Assembly (NCBI GenBank): GCA_050011555.1
Contig: JBEKIT010000005.1
Location: 36,379 to 100,378, forward strand
From: Candidatus Dormibacteria bacterium
GTDB taxonomy: Bacteria; Chloroflexota; Dormibacteria; Aeolococcales; Aeolococcaceae
Direction of reading: 5' to 3'
DNA length: 64,000 nt
The notes under the pieces are model-generated. The model saw only the letters and a list, made by a program, of their open reading frames with translations, searched no databases and was not told the origin of the DNA. Both the position numbers and the translations under genes were made by a program. Within the stretch, counting starts at the first letter, position 1. Each line of letters opens with the position of its first letter. Positions 1 to 9,457 of this stretch are shown piece by piece.

Positions 1-689
1 TCCTCGACGCGCACCCCGACGATGCCGGCCGCGCCGTCGCGCTCGCCCTCGTCCTGCATCCGCTTCATGGCCAGCTCGCGGGCCGAGTAGATCGCCTGCG
101 TGTACTGGGGGATCTCGACGTTCTGGCCAGCCTGGCGGAGGGTCTGACGGATGGATTGGTGCGCGATGTGGTAGACGCAGCTGCCCATGACCAGCCCGGT
201 CGGCGCCCAGCCGTAGCGCAGCAGCTTGAAGAAGTCGCGCCCGGAGAGGTCCGAGCTGAACGGCTTCCCGCTCGGGGCCCGGAGAGAGCCGGGGGCCTTC
301 TCGAAACGCACCGCCGTCCCCACCGCGAGGAACTCCAGGACCTCGCCGGCACCGACGTAGCCGACCCTTCTGAGGTCCACGCCGACGATGCCGTCGGCGC
401 TGAGCTGGACCGCCTCGGCCACCATCCGCTCGATGGCCAGCTCACGCGCCGCGTACATCGCCTGGCTGAGCGTGGTCAGCTCGACCGACTGCTTCCAGCC
501 GGCGTACTGCAGACCCAGGTGGTACATCGACGTGCCCATCACCAGGCCCAGGGGCACGAAGCCGCTCTCGCGCACCAGGATGAACTCGTCGACGCTCAGG
601 TCCGAGGTGAAGCACTTGCCCTGGGCCGTCTCCGCCAGGCGACCCGCGCCGTCCTGGGGGACCCACTGCGCGGATGGAGCATCGGTCAC
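1..689 (-). CDS. Tandem-domain YbjQ/UPF0145-like (putative heavy-metal-binding) protein, 3' partial at window edge
   Basis: Minus-strand translation from GTG at 689 (GGGAGG RBS about 7 nt upstream) gives two repeats of the YbjQ-like core. Repeat cores are ...MGTSMYHLGLQYAGWKQ...ARELAIERM...GIVGVDL and ...MGSCVYHIAHQSIRQ...ARELAMKRMQDEGERDGAAGIVGVRVE. The frame lacks an ATG, so it is only partly represented in the ORF track. Confidence 0.6.
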   Translation of the reverse strand, partial: MTDAPSAQWVPQDGAGRLAETAQGKCFTSDLSVDEFILVRESGFVPLGLVMGTSMYHLGLQYAGWKQSVELTTLSQAMYAARELAIERMVAEAVQLSADGIVGVDLRRVGYVGAGEVLEFLAVGTAVRFEKAPGSLRAPSGKPFSSDLSGRDFFKLLRYGWAPTGLVMGSCVYHIAHQSIRQTLRQAGQNVEIPQYTQAIYSARELAMKRMQDEGERDGAAGIVGVRVE

Positions 690-830
690 CGTGACACCTC
701 CCACGATCGGCGAACTCGCGCGGAACTATACCCCGGCGGTCATCCGGGGACAGGACGGTGAAGTGAGCGCCTCGCTTCCCTCCGGCGCCATCCCGGCCGC
801 CGCCCGGACACCCGCGCACCGGGCGCCCCG

Positions 831-2699
831 TCAAGCGGGGGTGGGCCCGAGCCCCCGGATGCCCAGCCGCCGGTGGCGGGCCCGCTCGATGTTGACGGCG
901 GCGCCGATCAGGGCCAGATGGGTGAACGCCTGCGGGTAGTTGCCGAGCAGGTCACCGTTGGTGACGTCCGCCTCCTCGGCCATCAGCCCGAGCGGCGAGG
1001 CGAAGGAGATCAGGCGCTCGAAGCGGCGCTGGGCCTGCTCCACCTCCCCGATGTGGGCGAGGGCGTCGGCCAGCCAGAAGGAGCACATCAGGAACGCTCC
1101 CTCCTCGCCGTGGTCGAAGCCGTCGTCGGTCTCCTCGGGACGGTAGCGGCTCACCAGCACCCCGCGGCCGAGGTGGCGGGCGACGGCCCGCACGGTGGAG
1201 ACGATGCGGGGATCGCGAGCGTCGAGGAAGCGCACCTGGGCGGCCCGGAGCATGGCGGCATCGAGGGTCCGCCCGCCCAGGGTCTGGGTGAAGGAGCGCA
1301 GTCCGCGGTGGTACCCCTCGGTGGCCACGGTGCGGTGGATGGTCCGGCGGGCCTCCTCCCAGCGCTCGCGGTCGCAGCGCAGGCCGAAGCGCTCCGCCAG
1401 CCGCAGGCCACGGTCGACCGCGACCCACGACATCATCTTGCTGTACGTGTAATGCAGCTCCCGGCCGCGGCTCTCCCAGATCGATGCGTCGGGAAGCTGC
1501 CACCTCTCAATCGCCAGGTCGACGACCGGGTGGAGCTCCCTCCAGAGCTCCTGGCTGATCTCGCCACCGAACCGCGCGTAGAGGTAGGCGCTGTCCAGGA
1601 GCTCGCCGTAGACGTCGAGCTGGAGCTGGTCGACGGCTCCGTTGCCGATCCGGACCGGCTTGGAATGACGGTAACCGCTCCAGTGGCTCAGCACCTCCTC
1701 GCGTGTGTCGCGACCGCCGTCGACCCGGTAGAGGTTCTGCACCTTCGCGCCCTCACCGATGCCGGTCGAGCGCAGCCAGGCGAAGAAATCATGGGCCTCC
1801 TCGTGCAGGCCCAATTGGAAAAGGCCGAAGAGGGTGAGCGAGGCGTCGCGCAGCCAGGTGAAGCGGTAGTCCCAGTTGCGCCGCCCGCCCGGGGCCTCGG
1901 GCAACGAGGTGGTGGGGGCCGCGACGATGGCCCCGGTCGGCGCGTAGATCATCAGCTTGAGCGCGAGCGCCGACCGCCACACCGGCTCGGGAAAGGCGCC
2001 GGTGTAGTGGACACGATCGATCCACCGCCACCAGAACTCCTGAGCCTGGCGCTTCAGGCGGCGGGCCCTTTCGACCGTCCAGGCGGCCTCGGAGGTGGCA
2101 CAGCCGCCGGCGGCCGGCTGGGAGCGCAGCGAGAGGGCCACGGCGTCCCCAGCCCTCATCGTGAAGGTGGTGTGTGGCCCACTTATCTCGGCTGTCGAGA
2201 CGACGCAGAGGTGAAGGTCGCCAGACCTCCCGTGGAAACGCCGCCCCTCGGCGCTGAAGCCATCCGGGGAGCGGCCGTAATCGGGACGGGGCACCAGATG
2301 GTGCTCCATCGCCACCGTGCCGGCGAGACAGTCCACGATCCGCACCACCCGCGGACGCCGGTGAGGACGCGCGTGATGCGCGACCGTGGTCTCGTCGATG
2401 GGCATGAAGTCGCTCACCCGGACCATCCCGCCAGGCGTCGAGAAGATCGTGCGCAGGACGTTGGTGCGGTCATCGTAGCGCTGGTGGGAACGGTAGGACC
2501 CCCGCGGGCGCAGCTGCCAGTACCCGCCCCGGCGCGCGTCGAGGATCCGGCCGAAGACCGAGGGTGAGTCGAAGCGGGGCAGGCAGCACCAGTCGATGCT
2601 GCCGTCCACACCGACCAGCACGGCGCTCCGGCAGTCGCCGATCAGGCCGTAGCCGGCGATGGGGAGGTAGCCGCCGGTGCGGTCAACGCCCTCGATCAT
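831..2699 (-). CDS. Glycoside hydrolase family 15 (glucoamylase/trehalase-like)
   Basis: N-terminus from internal ATG at 2697-2699 is MIEGVDRTGGYLPIAGYGLIGDCRSAVLVGVDGSIDWCCLPRFDSPSVFGRILD, typical of GH15 trehalases. It also has WLRDASLTLFGLFQLG and a C-terminal (alpha/alpha)6 catalytic region. The 66-codon Pro/Arg-rich upstream extension of the ORF was rejected. Confidence 0.85.
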   Translation of the reverse strand: MIEGVDRTGGYLPIAGYGLIGDCRSAVLVGVDGSIDWCCLPRFDSPSVFGRILDARRGGYWQLRPRGSYRSHQRYDDRTNVLRTIFSTPGGMVRVSDFMPIDETTVAHHARPHRRPRVVRIVDCLAGTVAMEHHLVPRPDYGRSPDGFSAEGRRFHGRSGDLHLCVVSTAEISGPHTTFTMRAGDAVALSLRSQPAAGGCATSEAAWTVERARRLKRQAQEFWWRWIDRVHYTGAFPEPVWRSALALKLMIYAPTGAIVAAPTTSLPEAPGGRRNWDYRFTWLRDASLTLFGLFQLGLHEEAHDFFAWLRSTGIGEGAKVQNLYRVDGGRDTREEVLSHWSGYRHSKPVRIGNGAVDQLQLDVYGELLDSAYLYARFGGEISQELWRELHPVVDLAIERWQLPDASIWESRGRELHYTYSKMMSWVAVDRGLRLAERFGLRCDRERWEEARRTIHRTVATEGYHRGLRSFTQTLGGRTLDAAMLRAAQVRFLDARDPRIVSTVRAVARHLGRGVLVSRYRPEETDDGFDHGEEGAFLMCSFWLADALAHIGEVEQAQRRFERLISFASPLGLMAEEADVTNGDLLGNYPQAFTHLALIGAAVNIERARHRRLGIRGLGPTPA

Positions 2700-2748
2700 G
2701 CCCCGCCCACCGGATCGAGGCGGGCACAGGTGTGGCGATCGTCGCGCG

Positions 2749-3174
2749 TCACCGCTCGCCGTCCCCTTCGATGGCGGCGGTGCCGGCGGGCGGCGCCGTG
2801 AAGCAGGTGGCCGCCCCGGTGTGGCAGGCCGGGCCGGCCGGCTCGACCAGCAGGAGCACCGCGTCACCGTCGCAGTCGAGTCGGGCCTCGACGACATGCA
2901 TGGCGTTGCCGCTCGTCTCCCCCTTCTCCCAGAGGCGCTGCCGGCTCCGGCTCCAGAAGGTCGCCCGGCCGGTGGCGAGCGTCGCCGTGTAGGCGTCGCG
3001 GTCCATGTGGGCGACCATCAGCACCTCGCGGGTGGTGGCGTCCTGGACGACCGCGGTGAGCAGACCCCGGCTGAGGTCGGGGCCGCGCCCCGCCGGCTCC
3101 GCATGGAGGGGCAGGCGGGGCTCCGAGGGGGGGTCGCGGGACGGATCGCGGGAGATGTCGCGGTTCCGGCTCAC
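2749..3174 (-). CDS. hisI: Phosphoribosyl-AMP cyclohydrolase HisI
   Basis: Motifs [31 protein letters not shown] and [28 protein letters not shown]. The GTG start overlaps the hisF stop (GTGA). Confidence 0.85.
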   Translation of the reverse strand: MSRNRDISRDPSRDPPSEPRLPLHAEPAGRGPDLSRGLLTAVVQDATTREVLMVAHMDRDAYTATLATGRATFWSRSRQRLWEKGETSGNAMHVVEARLDCDGDAVLLLVEPAGPACHTGAATCFTAPPAGTAAIEGDGER

Positions 3175-3929
3175 AGCCGCACCTCGATGCCGTGGTCGCG
3201 CAGGTAGGCCTTGGTCTGCGGGATGGGATGGATGCCGTCGTGGAAGATGGAGGCCGCCAGGGCGGCGTCGGCACCGCCTTCGCTGAGCACCGCCCGCAGG
3301 TGGTCGGGCTCACCGGCCCCGCCGCTCGCGATCACCGGGATGGTGAGGCGGTCGCCGACCGCCCGGGTGAGCTCGAGGTCGTAGCCGTCCTGGGTGCCGT
3401 CGCGATCCATGCTGGTGAGCAGGATCTCACCGGCGCCACGATCGGCCGCCTCCCGCGCCCAGTCGATGGCATCCCGACCGGTGTCGCGGCGGCCGCCGTG
3501 GGAGAAGACGTGCCAACCGGCGCCCTCGCGGCGGGCATCGATGGCGACCACGACGCACTGGACGCCGAAGCGCTCGGCGGCCTCGCCGATGAGGCCGGGG
3601 TGGTCCAGCGCCGCGGTGTTGAGCGACACCTTGTCGGCGCCGCTGCGGAGCATGCGATCGATGTCCTCCAGCCCGCGCAGCCCGCCCCCCACGGTGAGCG
3701 GGATGAAGACGGAGTCGGCGGTGCGGCGCACCGCTTCGAGCAGGATGTCGCGATCCTCGCTGCTCGCCGTGATGTCGAGGAACACCAGCTCGTCGGCGGA
3801 CTCGGCGTCGTAGCGCGCGGCCAGCTCGGCGGGATCACCGGCGTCGCGGATGTTGACGAAGTTGACGCCCTTGACCACCCGCCCGTGGTCCACGTCCAGA
3901 CAGGGGATGATCCGCTTGGCCAGGCTCAC
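3171..3929 (-). CDS. hisF: Imidazole glycerol phosphate synthase cyclase subunit HisF
   Basis: [33 protein letters not shown]... is the canonical HisF TIM barrel. Confidence 0.95.
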   Translation of the reverse strand: MSLAKRIIPCLDVDHGRVVKGVNFVNIRDAGDPAELAARYDAESADELVFLDITASSEDRDILLEAVRRTADSVFIPLTVGGGLRGLEDIDRMLRSGADKVSLNTAALDHPGLIGEAAERFGVQCVVVAIDARREGAGWHVFSHGGRRDTGRDAIDWAREAADRGAGEILLTSMDRDGTQDGYDLELTRAVGDRLTIPVIASGGAGEPDHLRAVLSEGGADAALAASIFHDGIHPIPQTKAYLRDHGIEVRL

Positions 3930-3945
3930 GGTCGCGACCGCGGAC

Positions 3946-4671
3946 TCATCGGGGGAACCGGAGGATCGCGGCGCGCAGGTCGAAGCTGCCCTCGTACAGG
4001 GCCCGGCCCACGATCGCGCCGGCCACGCCCGCCTCGGCGCAGCGGACGATGTCGTCGACGGTGCTGATGCCGCCGCTCGCGATCACCGGCCCGGGGAACG
4101 CCCGCACCGTCTGCTCGAGACCGTCGAGGTCGGGGCCCGTCAGCATCCCGTCGAGGGCCACGTCGGTGCGCACCAGCCCGGCCAGAGGCCAGCTCGCCCA
4201 TCGCTCCAGGTGAGCGATGGCGCTGCCCGCGCCCTCGGTCCAGCCCTCGGCCTGGGCCGTGTCACCGCGCACGTCGAGGGCGACCAGGCAGCGTCCGGGC
4301 AGCGCGGCGCAGATCGCCGCCGCGGCCTCCGGCTCGCGGACCGCGACGCTCCCGAGGACGACGAAGGCCGCCCCGGCCGCGAGCCAGCGCTCCGCCGCCG
4401 CAAGGGTGCGGACGCCCCCGCCGACCTCGACCTCCACGCCCGCCTCCCGCGCGCTCTCGAGCACCCGCCGGGCGGCCGTGGCGGAGGCGAGATCGACCAT
4501 GCCCCGGGCCGCGTCGAGGTCGACCAGGTGGATCCGGTGGGCGCCGCTCTCGCTGAGCCGGCGGGCCACCGCCGCGGGGTCGTCCTCGTAGACGCGCTCG
4601 CGGGCGAAGTCCCCCTGGATGAGGCGCACGCACCGACCTCCCCGGATGTCGATGGCGGGGATGACGATCAC
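3946..4671 (-). CDS. hisA: 1-(5-phosphoribosyl)-5-[(5-phosphoribosylamino)methylideneamino]imidazole-4-carboxamide isomerase HisA
   Basis: [28 protein letters not shown]... starts at a GTG that overlaps the hisH TGA stop (GTGA at 4668-4671). The 314-aa track ORF carries an Arg/Pro-rich N-terminal extension, which I rejected. Confidence 0.88.
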   Translation of the reverse strand: MIVIPAIDIRGGRCVRLIQGDFARERVYEDDPAAVARRLSESGAHRIHLVDLDAARGMVDLASATAARRVLESAREAGVEVEVGGGVRTLAAAERWLAAGAAFVVLGSVAVREPEAAAAICAALPGRCLVALDVRGDTAQAEGWTEGAGSAIAHLERWASWPLAGLVRTDVALDGMLTGPDLDGLEQTVRAFPGPVIASGGISTVDDIVRCAEAGVAGAIVGRALYEGSFDLRAAILRFPR

Positions 4672-5315
4672 GGGAGCACCGTCTGAGCCGGCATCTGCGC
4701 GCCGGAGCAGGCGGCGACCAGGTTGGCGTAGATGCGGAGACCGCTGGGCCCGCTCTTCTCGGGGTGGAACTGGGTCCCCGTCACCGTCCCCCGCTCGCAG
4801 ATGGCCACGATCTCGCCGCCGTAGTCGACGCTCGCGATCACGTCCCGGGGGTCGGCGTCGGCGGCGTAGGAGTGGACGAAGTAGCACCAAGCCCCCTCGG
4901 AGACCCCGGCGGTGAGCGCCGACGGCCGGTGCATCCGGAGCTGGTTCCAGCCCATGTGGGGCACCTTGAGCGGCGGGGCGGCATCGATCCGGCGCACCCG
5001 TCCGGGAAGGAGACCGAGGCCCTCGCCCCCCTCGCCCTCCTCGCTGGCCTCGAAGAGGAGCTGGAAGCCGAGGCAGACTCCGAGCACCGGACGGCCGCGC
5101 CCCGCCGCCTCCCGGACCGCGTCGCCGAGCCCGGAGCCGAGCAGCAGCGCTGCCGCCGGGGCGAAGGCGCCGACGCCCGGGAGCACCACCGCATCACTGG
5201 CCGCGACCACCCGTGGATCGGGGGTGATCACGGTCTCGGCTCCCGCCCGCGCCAGCGCCCGCTCGACGCTGCGCAGGTTGCCCACCCCGTAGTCGACGAT
5301 CGCCACCTTCGGCAT
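4668..5315 (-). CDS. hisH: Imidazole glycerol phosphate synthase glutaminase subunit HisH
   Basis: MPKVAIVDYGVGNLRSVERAL... with catalytic Cys (GVCLGFQLL) and His/Glu (QFHPEKS). Confidence 0.95.
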   Translation of the reverse strand: MPKVAIVDYGVGNLRSVERALARAGAETVITPDPRVVAASDAVVLPGVGAFAPAAALLLGSGLGDAVREAAGRGRPVLGVCLGFQLLFEASEEGEGGEGLGLLPGRVRRIDAAPPLKVPHMGWNQLRMHRPSALTAGVSEGAWCYFVHSYAADADPRDVIASVDYGGEIVAICERGTVTGTQFHPEKSGPSGLRIYANLVAACSGAQMPAQTVLP

Positions 5316-5462
5316 TCAGGCCGCGGCCTCGAGAGAGGGCGGGACGCCACGACCTTCCCGAGGCATCAGGCCGCGCCCTCCCCCAGGCTCCGGGTGCCGC
5401 CCCCGTGCCGGCGCATCAGACCGCGCTCGCGCAGCGGCGCGGCGCCCGCCCGGCACGGGACA

Positions 5463-6071
5463 TCAGAGCACCCCCTTGGTCGACGGGACTCCACGCCCCA
5501 CCACCGCCACCGCCTCCCGGGTGGCCAGGCCCAGCGCCTTGAAGGCGGCCTCGGCGACGTGGTGCAGGTTGGTGCCCCGGATCAGGTCGACGTGGATGCT
5601 GATCCCTGCCGATTGGGACAGAGCCTGTACGAACTCGTGGAGGACGCTGACGTCGAAGTCGTTGATCCGGCCGGTGAGCGCCTTCATCTCCCACTCCAGG
5701 TGGGCCCGGTTGGAGTAGTCGAGCGCGCAGCGGACCAGGGACTCGTCGAGGGGTGCATAGGCGTGACCGAAGCGCCGGATGCCGGCGCGGTCGCCGAGCG
5801 CGCGGCTGATCGCAGCGCCCAGCGCGAGCCCGCAGTCCTCGACCAGGTGGTGGGCGTCGACATCGATGTCGCCGGAGCCGTGGAGGCGGACATCCATGCC
5901 GCTGTACTTGACGAAGCATTCCAGCATGTGACGGAAGAAGGGCAGCGAGACCTCGATGTCGGGGCTGCCCCCGCCGTCGAGGTCGACCTCGACCTGGATC
6001 CGCGTCTCCCTGGTGACCCGCTCCTCGGTTGCGATCCGGCGCGGCGCCGCTTCGGAAGGGCCCTCACTCAT
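5463..6071 (-). CDS. hisB: Imidazoleglycerol-phosphate dehydratase HisB (IGPD domain only)
   Basis: TRETRIQVEVDLDGGG..., HHLVEDCGLALG and GxNxHHxxE motifs. At 202 aa it has no fused histidinol-phosphatase domain. Confidence 0.9.
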   Translation of the reverse strand: MSEGPSEAAPRRIATEERVTRETRIQVEVDLDGGGSPDIEVSLPFFRHMLECFVKYSGMDVRLHGSGDIDVDAHHLVEDCGLALGAAISRALGDRAGIRRFGHAYAPLDESLVRCALDYSNRAHLEWEMKALTGRINDFDVSVLHEFVQALSQSAGISIHVDLIRGTNLHHVAEAAFKALGLATREAVAVVGRGVPSTKGVL

Positions 6072-7402
6072 CGGTCACCATCCTCCATCCTGAGCCGGAT
6101 CGCCCGCTCGTGGCCGCGCAGCCCCTCGGCTTCGGCGAGGGCGCAGGCGACCGGGGCCAGGCTGTCGAACTCCGCCGCCGAGAGCTCCACCACCGATTGC
6201 CAGCGCTGGAAGTCCATCACCGAGAGCGGCCCGCGATGGCGGGCGGCACCGCCGGTGGGAAGGGTGTGGTTGGGACCGGCGACGTAGTCGCCCATCGACA
6301 CCGGGGATCGCGGACCCACGAAGACCGCGGACGCGGTGTGGCGGCGGTCACGGAGCGCCTCGGCAGCCTCACCCTGGAGGGAGAGGTGCTCGGCGGCGAA
6401 CTCGTCGGCCAGCCGCACCGCCGCCTCCAGGGTCTCGGTCACGATCACCGCCCCGTGGCGCCCGGCTGCCGCGGCGATGATCCCGCCACGCGCCGCCGCC
6501 CCCGCCTCGGTGGAGAAGGCCTCCCCCACGGCGCCGGCCAGGGCGGGCGAATCGGTGAGGCAGACGGCCCAGGCCAGCGGGTCGTGCTCGAGCTGGGAGA
6601 CGAGGTCGGCGGCCACCAGCCGGGGATCGGCGCCCGCGGAGGCGATCACCACGATCTCGCTCGGCCCGGCCACGCCATCGATCCCGACCTCGCCGAAGAC
6701 CTGGCGCTTGGCCAGGGTGACGAAGAGGTTCCCCGGCCCCGTGATCTTGTCCACCCGAGCGATGGCCTCGGTGCCGTAGCCGAGAGCGGCGATCGCCTGG
6801 GCGCCGCCGGCGGCGTGGACCTCGCTCACCCCGAGGTGATGCGCGCTGGCGAGGACCAGCGGGTGGACCGAGCCGCCCGCCCCGGGTGGCGAGACCAGCG
6901 CGATCTCCGCAACCCCGGCGATCTGGGCGGGGATCACGTTCATCAGCACCGTGCTCGGGTAGGCGGCCCGGCCGCCGGGCACGTAGCAGCCGACCCGGCG
7001 CAGCGGCAGAGGCCGGAGGTGGGCGCTGACGGTGCCCCGGATGGCGGTCTCCCGCTGCGGCTCGTGGATGGCCCGGATGCGGGCGGCGGCGCCGGCGATC
7101 GCATCGCGGGTGGCCGGGTCGATCTCCTCCCAGGCGCGACCCAGGGCCTCGGCGGGGACCCGCGTCTCCGCGACATCGACCCGGTCGAGCCTCAGGGTCC
7201 AGCGCCGCACCGCCGGGTCACCCTCGCGGGCGACGTCCTCGAGGATGGTGCGGACCACCCGGTTGGCGGTCACGGGGAGCTCGAACCACGCGCCCAGCGG
7301 GCCGGCCGTCTCGGCGTCGAGGACCGGATCCGCGCTCCGCCGCTCGGCGCGCACCTGGGCACGCCACTCCTCGGGGGACGGGGATCGGAGCTGCAGGGTC
7401 AC
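6068..7402 (-). CDS. hisD: Histidinol dehydrogenase HisD
   Basis: 444 aa with conserved HisD regions (...VLMNVIPAQIAGV..., ...GPGNLFVTLAKRQVFG...). The start overlaps the hisG stop (GTGA). Confidence 0.93.
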   Translation of the reverse strand: MTLQLRSPSPEEWRAQVRAERRSADPVLDAETAGPLGAWFELPVTANRVVRTILEDVAREGDPAVRRWTLRLDRVDVAETRVPAEALGRAWEEIDPATRDAIAGAAARIRAIHEPQRETAIRGTVSAHLRPLPLRRVGCYVPGGRAAYPSTVLMNVIPAQIAGVAEIALVSPPGAGGSVHPLVLASAHHLGVSEVHAAGGAQAIAALGYGTEAIARVDKITGPGNLFVTLAKRQVFGEVGIDGVAGPSEIVVIASAGADPRLVAADLVSQLEHDPLAWAVCLTDSPALAGAVGEAFSTEAGAAARGGIIAAAAGRHGAVIVTETLEAAVRLADEFAAEHLSLQGEAAEALRDRRHTASAVFVGPRSPVSMGDYVAGPNHTLPTGGAARHRGPLSVMDFQRWQSVVELSAAEFDSLAPVACALAEAEGLRGHERAIRLRMEDGDR

Positions 7403-8088
7403 GGCGCGCTCCGACCTCTCCCGGCGGAGGGCGGGGATCCCGAGCTGACCTCCCCATCCGTCACGGTGCGGCGGAGCGCCGCCGCGAGCTGGTTGACCGC
7501 CCCGCTGCGGGTCTTGAGCGAGGCCTGGTTGGAGATCAGACGAGCGGTGGAACGGCCAGCCTCGGCCACCTCCACGAGGTGGTTGGCGGTGAGCGTCCGG
7601 CCGGTGGCGGTGATGTCGACGACGCAGTCGGCGAGGCCCATGGCCGGGGCCAGCTCCACCGACCCGTGGAGCTTGATCAGCTCCACCGCGAGCCCCACCG
7701 AGTCGAAGTAACGGCGCGCGGCCACCGGGTACTTGGTGGCGGCCCGGAGCGAGCGCGGGAAGCTGCCCCGGGTGAGCGGCGAGCCCTCCGGCGCGGCCAG
7801 CACCAGCCGGCAGGCGCCGAAGCGGAGGTCGACCAGCTCGTAGCAGTCGCGCGGCGACTCCCAGAGGATGTCCTTGCCGACGATGCCGGCGTCGCAGGCG
7901 CCCATCTCCACGTAGACGGGCAAGTCGGTCGGCCGCACCTTGACGACGGTCGCCAACCGGGTCACCAGGCTGAGCTGGCGGTCCAGCCGGGCCGGGTCGA
8001 TCTCGGCGACGCCCGCGGCCACGAGCAGGCGGCAGGCGTCCTCGAAGAGGGCCCCGGCGGGGAGCGCGATCCGCAGCCCGCCGTTCAC
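7399..8088 (-). CDS. hisG: ATP phosphoribosyltransferase, short form (HisGs)
   Basis: From GTG at 8088 (GAGGA RBS): VNGGLRIALPAGALFEDACRLL...LVTRLATVVKVRPTDLPVYVEMGACDAGIVGKD...DITATGRTLTANHLVEV. It is about 229 aa and has no C-terminal regulatory domain. The Arg/Pro-rich N-terminal part of the 484-aa track ORF was rejected. Confidence 0.8.
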   Translation of the reverse strand: MNGGLRIALPAGALFEDACRLLVAAGVAEIDPARLDRQLSLVTRLATVVKVRPTDLPVYVEMGACDAGIVGKDILWESPRDCYELVDLRFGACRLVLAAPEGSPLTRGSFPRSLRAATKYPVAARRYFDSVGLAVELIKLHGSVELAPAMGLADCVVDITATGRTLTANHLVEVAEAGRSTARLISNQASLKTRSGAVNQLAAALRRTVTDGEVSSGSPPSAGRGRSAP

Positions 8089-8140
8089 GCAGCGTCCTCG
8101 AAGGGGGCCCGGATGAGCAGCGCGATCCGCGGGCCGCCCT

Positions 8141-9394
8141 TCACCGAGCGTCCTCGACGCAGGCGGCCAGGAGGGCGTCCAGCCCACCGCCCTCGCGATC
8201 CCGGAGCCGCCAGCGGAGACCCCCGCCGTCGAGGTGGGCCCGCCCGTCGCCCAGCAGCTCGCCGGGTCGCTGGACGGAAGCCTCCAGGTCGAGCGCCACG
8301 GCGAGGCCGGCCCCGCGGAGCCGGGAGGCCACCACGACGGCCTCCCGCGCCTGCTCCGGGGCGTAGCCGAGGCGCAGCACCGAGGCCCCGCCGTTCTCGC
8401 CGGTGCCGCGCAGCAGCGCGTCGCAGCAGCGGTCCACGTGGAGGACGAATCCGGTGGCGGGCGCGCCGGCGCCGAAGGCCTCCAGCAGCCGGTCGTACCG
8501 CCCGCCGGTGCCGAGCGGCCAGCCGAGGTCGGCGCTGAACAGCTCGAAGGTCGGACCGGTGTAGTAGTCCCAGTCGCGCACCGCCCCCAGGTCGAGGTGC
8601 ACGCTGGCGGTGATGCCGTGCCGGTCGAGGACCGTCCAGAGCTCGGCCAGGTCGGCGAGGACGCGGCGCGGCCGCGGGCCGGTGATCCGCGCGCCGGCCG
8701 TGTCGAGGATCTCCCGGCCCCCCCGGAGGGTGGGGAAGGCGAGCAGCAGCTCGCGCTCGGCGTCGCCCGCCTCGGTCCCACGGAGCGCCTCCTCGACCGC
8801 CACCAGGTCCCGCTGGTGGAGCGCCGCGGCCACTCGCGCCCGGGAGGCGGCATCGAGGTTGGCGGAGTCGAGCAGCGAGGGGACGAAGTCGGCGTGTCCG
8901 ACGTCGATCTGGACGCCGGCGATCCCGGCCCTCTCCAGCGCGGCGGCGGCGACCGCGATGCACTCGGCGTCGGCGGCCAGGCCGGGATGCCCGATGAGCT
9001 CGCAGCCCGCCTGCATCGCCTCGCGGCGGCGGCCCCCGAGCGGCGCGCGGTTGAAGAGCACCGGCCCGGCGTAGCAGAGGCGGAGCGGCGACGGTGACCC
9101 CTGGAGCTGGGTGGCGACCACCCGGGCGACGCTCACGGTGCGCTCCCCCACCAGGGCGAGCAGGCTGCCGTCCGCGTCCATGAACCGGAAGAGCTGGGTC
9201 TGCAGACCCCCACCGACCCCGGCGGCCACGGTCTCGAGCGGCTCGACCAGGGGGGTCGCCAGGTACTCGTACCCCCAGGAGGCGAAGGTGTCGACGAAGG
9301 CCTCGGTGACGGCACGCCGGCGCTGCGCCGCCGCGCCGACCCAATCTGCGAAGCCGCCGGCACGGCCCCGCGCCGGACTCTGCAGCGCGCTCAT
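8141..9394 (-). CDS. hisZ: ATP phosphoribosyltransferase regulatory subunit HisZ (HisRS paralogue)
   Basis: 417 aa with class-II aaRS-like motifs (FVDTFASWGYEYLATPLVE, FRFMDADGSLLALVGERTVSVARV). It sits directly upstream of the short-form hisG. ATG at 9392-9394. Confidence 0.75.
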   Translation of the reverse strand: MSALQSPARGRAGGFADWVGAAAQRRRAVTEAFVDTFASWGYEYLATPLVEPLETVAAGVGGGLQTQLFRFMDADGSLLALVGERTVSVARVVATQLQGSPSPLRLCYAGPVLFNRAPLGGRRREAMQAGCELIGHPGLAADAECIAVAAAALERAGIAGVQIDVGHADFVPSLLDSANLDAASRARVAAALHQRDLVAVEEALRGTEAGDAERELLLAFPTLRGGREILDTAGARITGPRPRRVLADLAELWTVLDRHGITASVHLDLGAVRDWDYYTGPTFELFSADLGWPLGTGGRYDRLLEAFGAGAPATGFVLHVDRCCDALLRGTGENGGASVLRLGYAPEQAREAVVVASRLRGAGLAVALDLEASVQRPGELLGDGRAHLDGGGLRWRLRDREGGGLDALLAACVEDAR

Positions 9395-9457
9395 ATGGCG
9401 CGAAGTCTATGCGGTGAACGCGCCACCGCCTCCGCTCACCGGAAGAGAATGCGCAGG

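Noticed and set aside
873-2567. 564-aa plus-strand ORF overlapping the GH15 gene, and similar long ORFs at 6029-7711, 9407-11092, 10885-12612, 12838-14253, 18437-19900, 19785-22052, 19891-22485, 38633-39937, 39625-40746, 41333-43048, 45174-46913, 52072-53574 and 53621-55090
   Set aside because: All are antisense or out-of-frame to genes with strong family signatures. Their composition is dominated by R/G/P/A with no recognisable motifs. They arise because stop codons are rare in GC-rich DNA.
2700-2897. N-terminal 66-codon extension of the GH15 ORF
   Set aside because: The Pro/Arg-rich segment is unlike the GH15 N-terminus. The internal ATG gives the canonical MIEGVDRTGGY start. The extension would also overlap hisI.
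4672-4890. N-terminal extension of hisA (314-aa track ORF)
   Set aside because: The extension is Arg/Pro-rich and would overlap hisH by more than 200 nt. A GTG overlapping the hisH stop gives the canonical HisA N-terminus.
8089-8853. N-terminal extension of hisG (484-aa track ORF)
   Set aside because: The extension has no similarity to HisG and overlaps hisZ. GTG at 8088 with a GAGGA RBS gives the short-form HisG.
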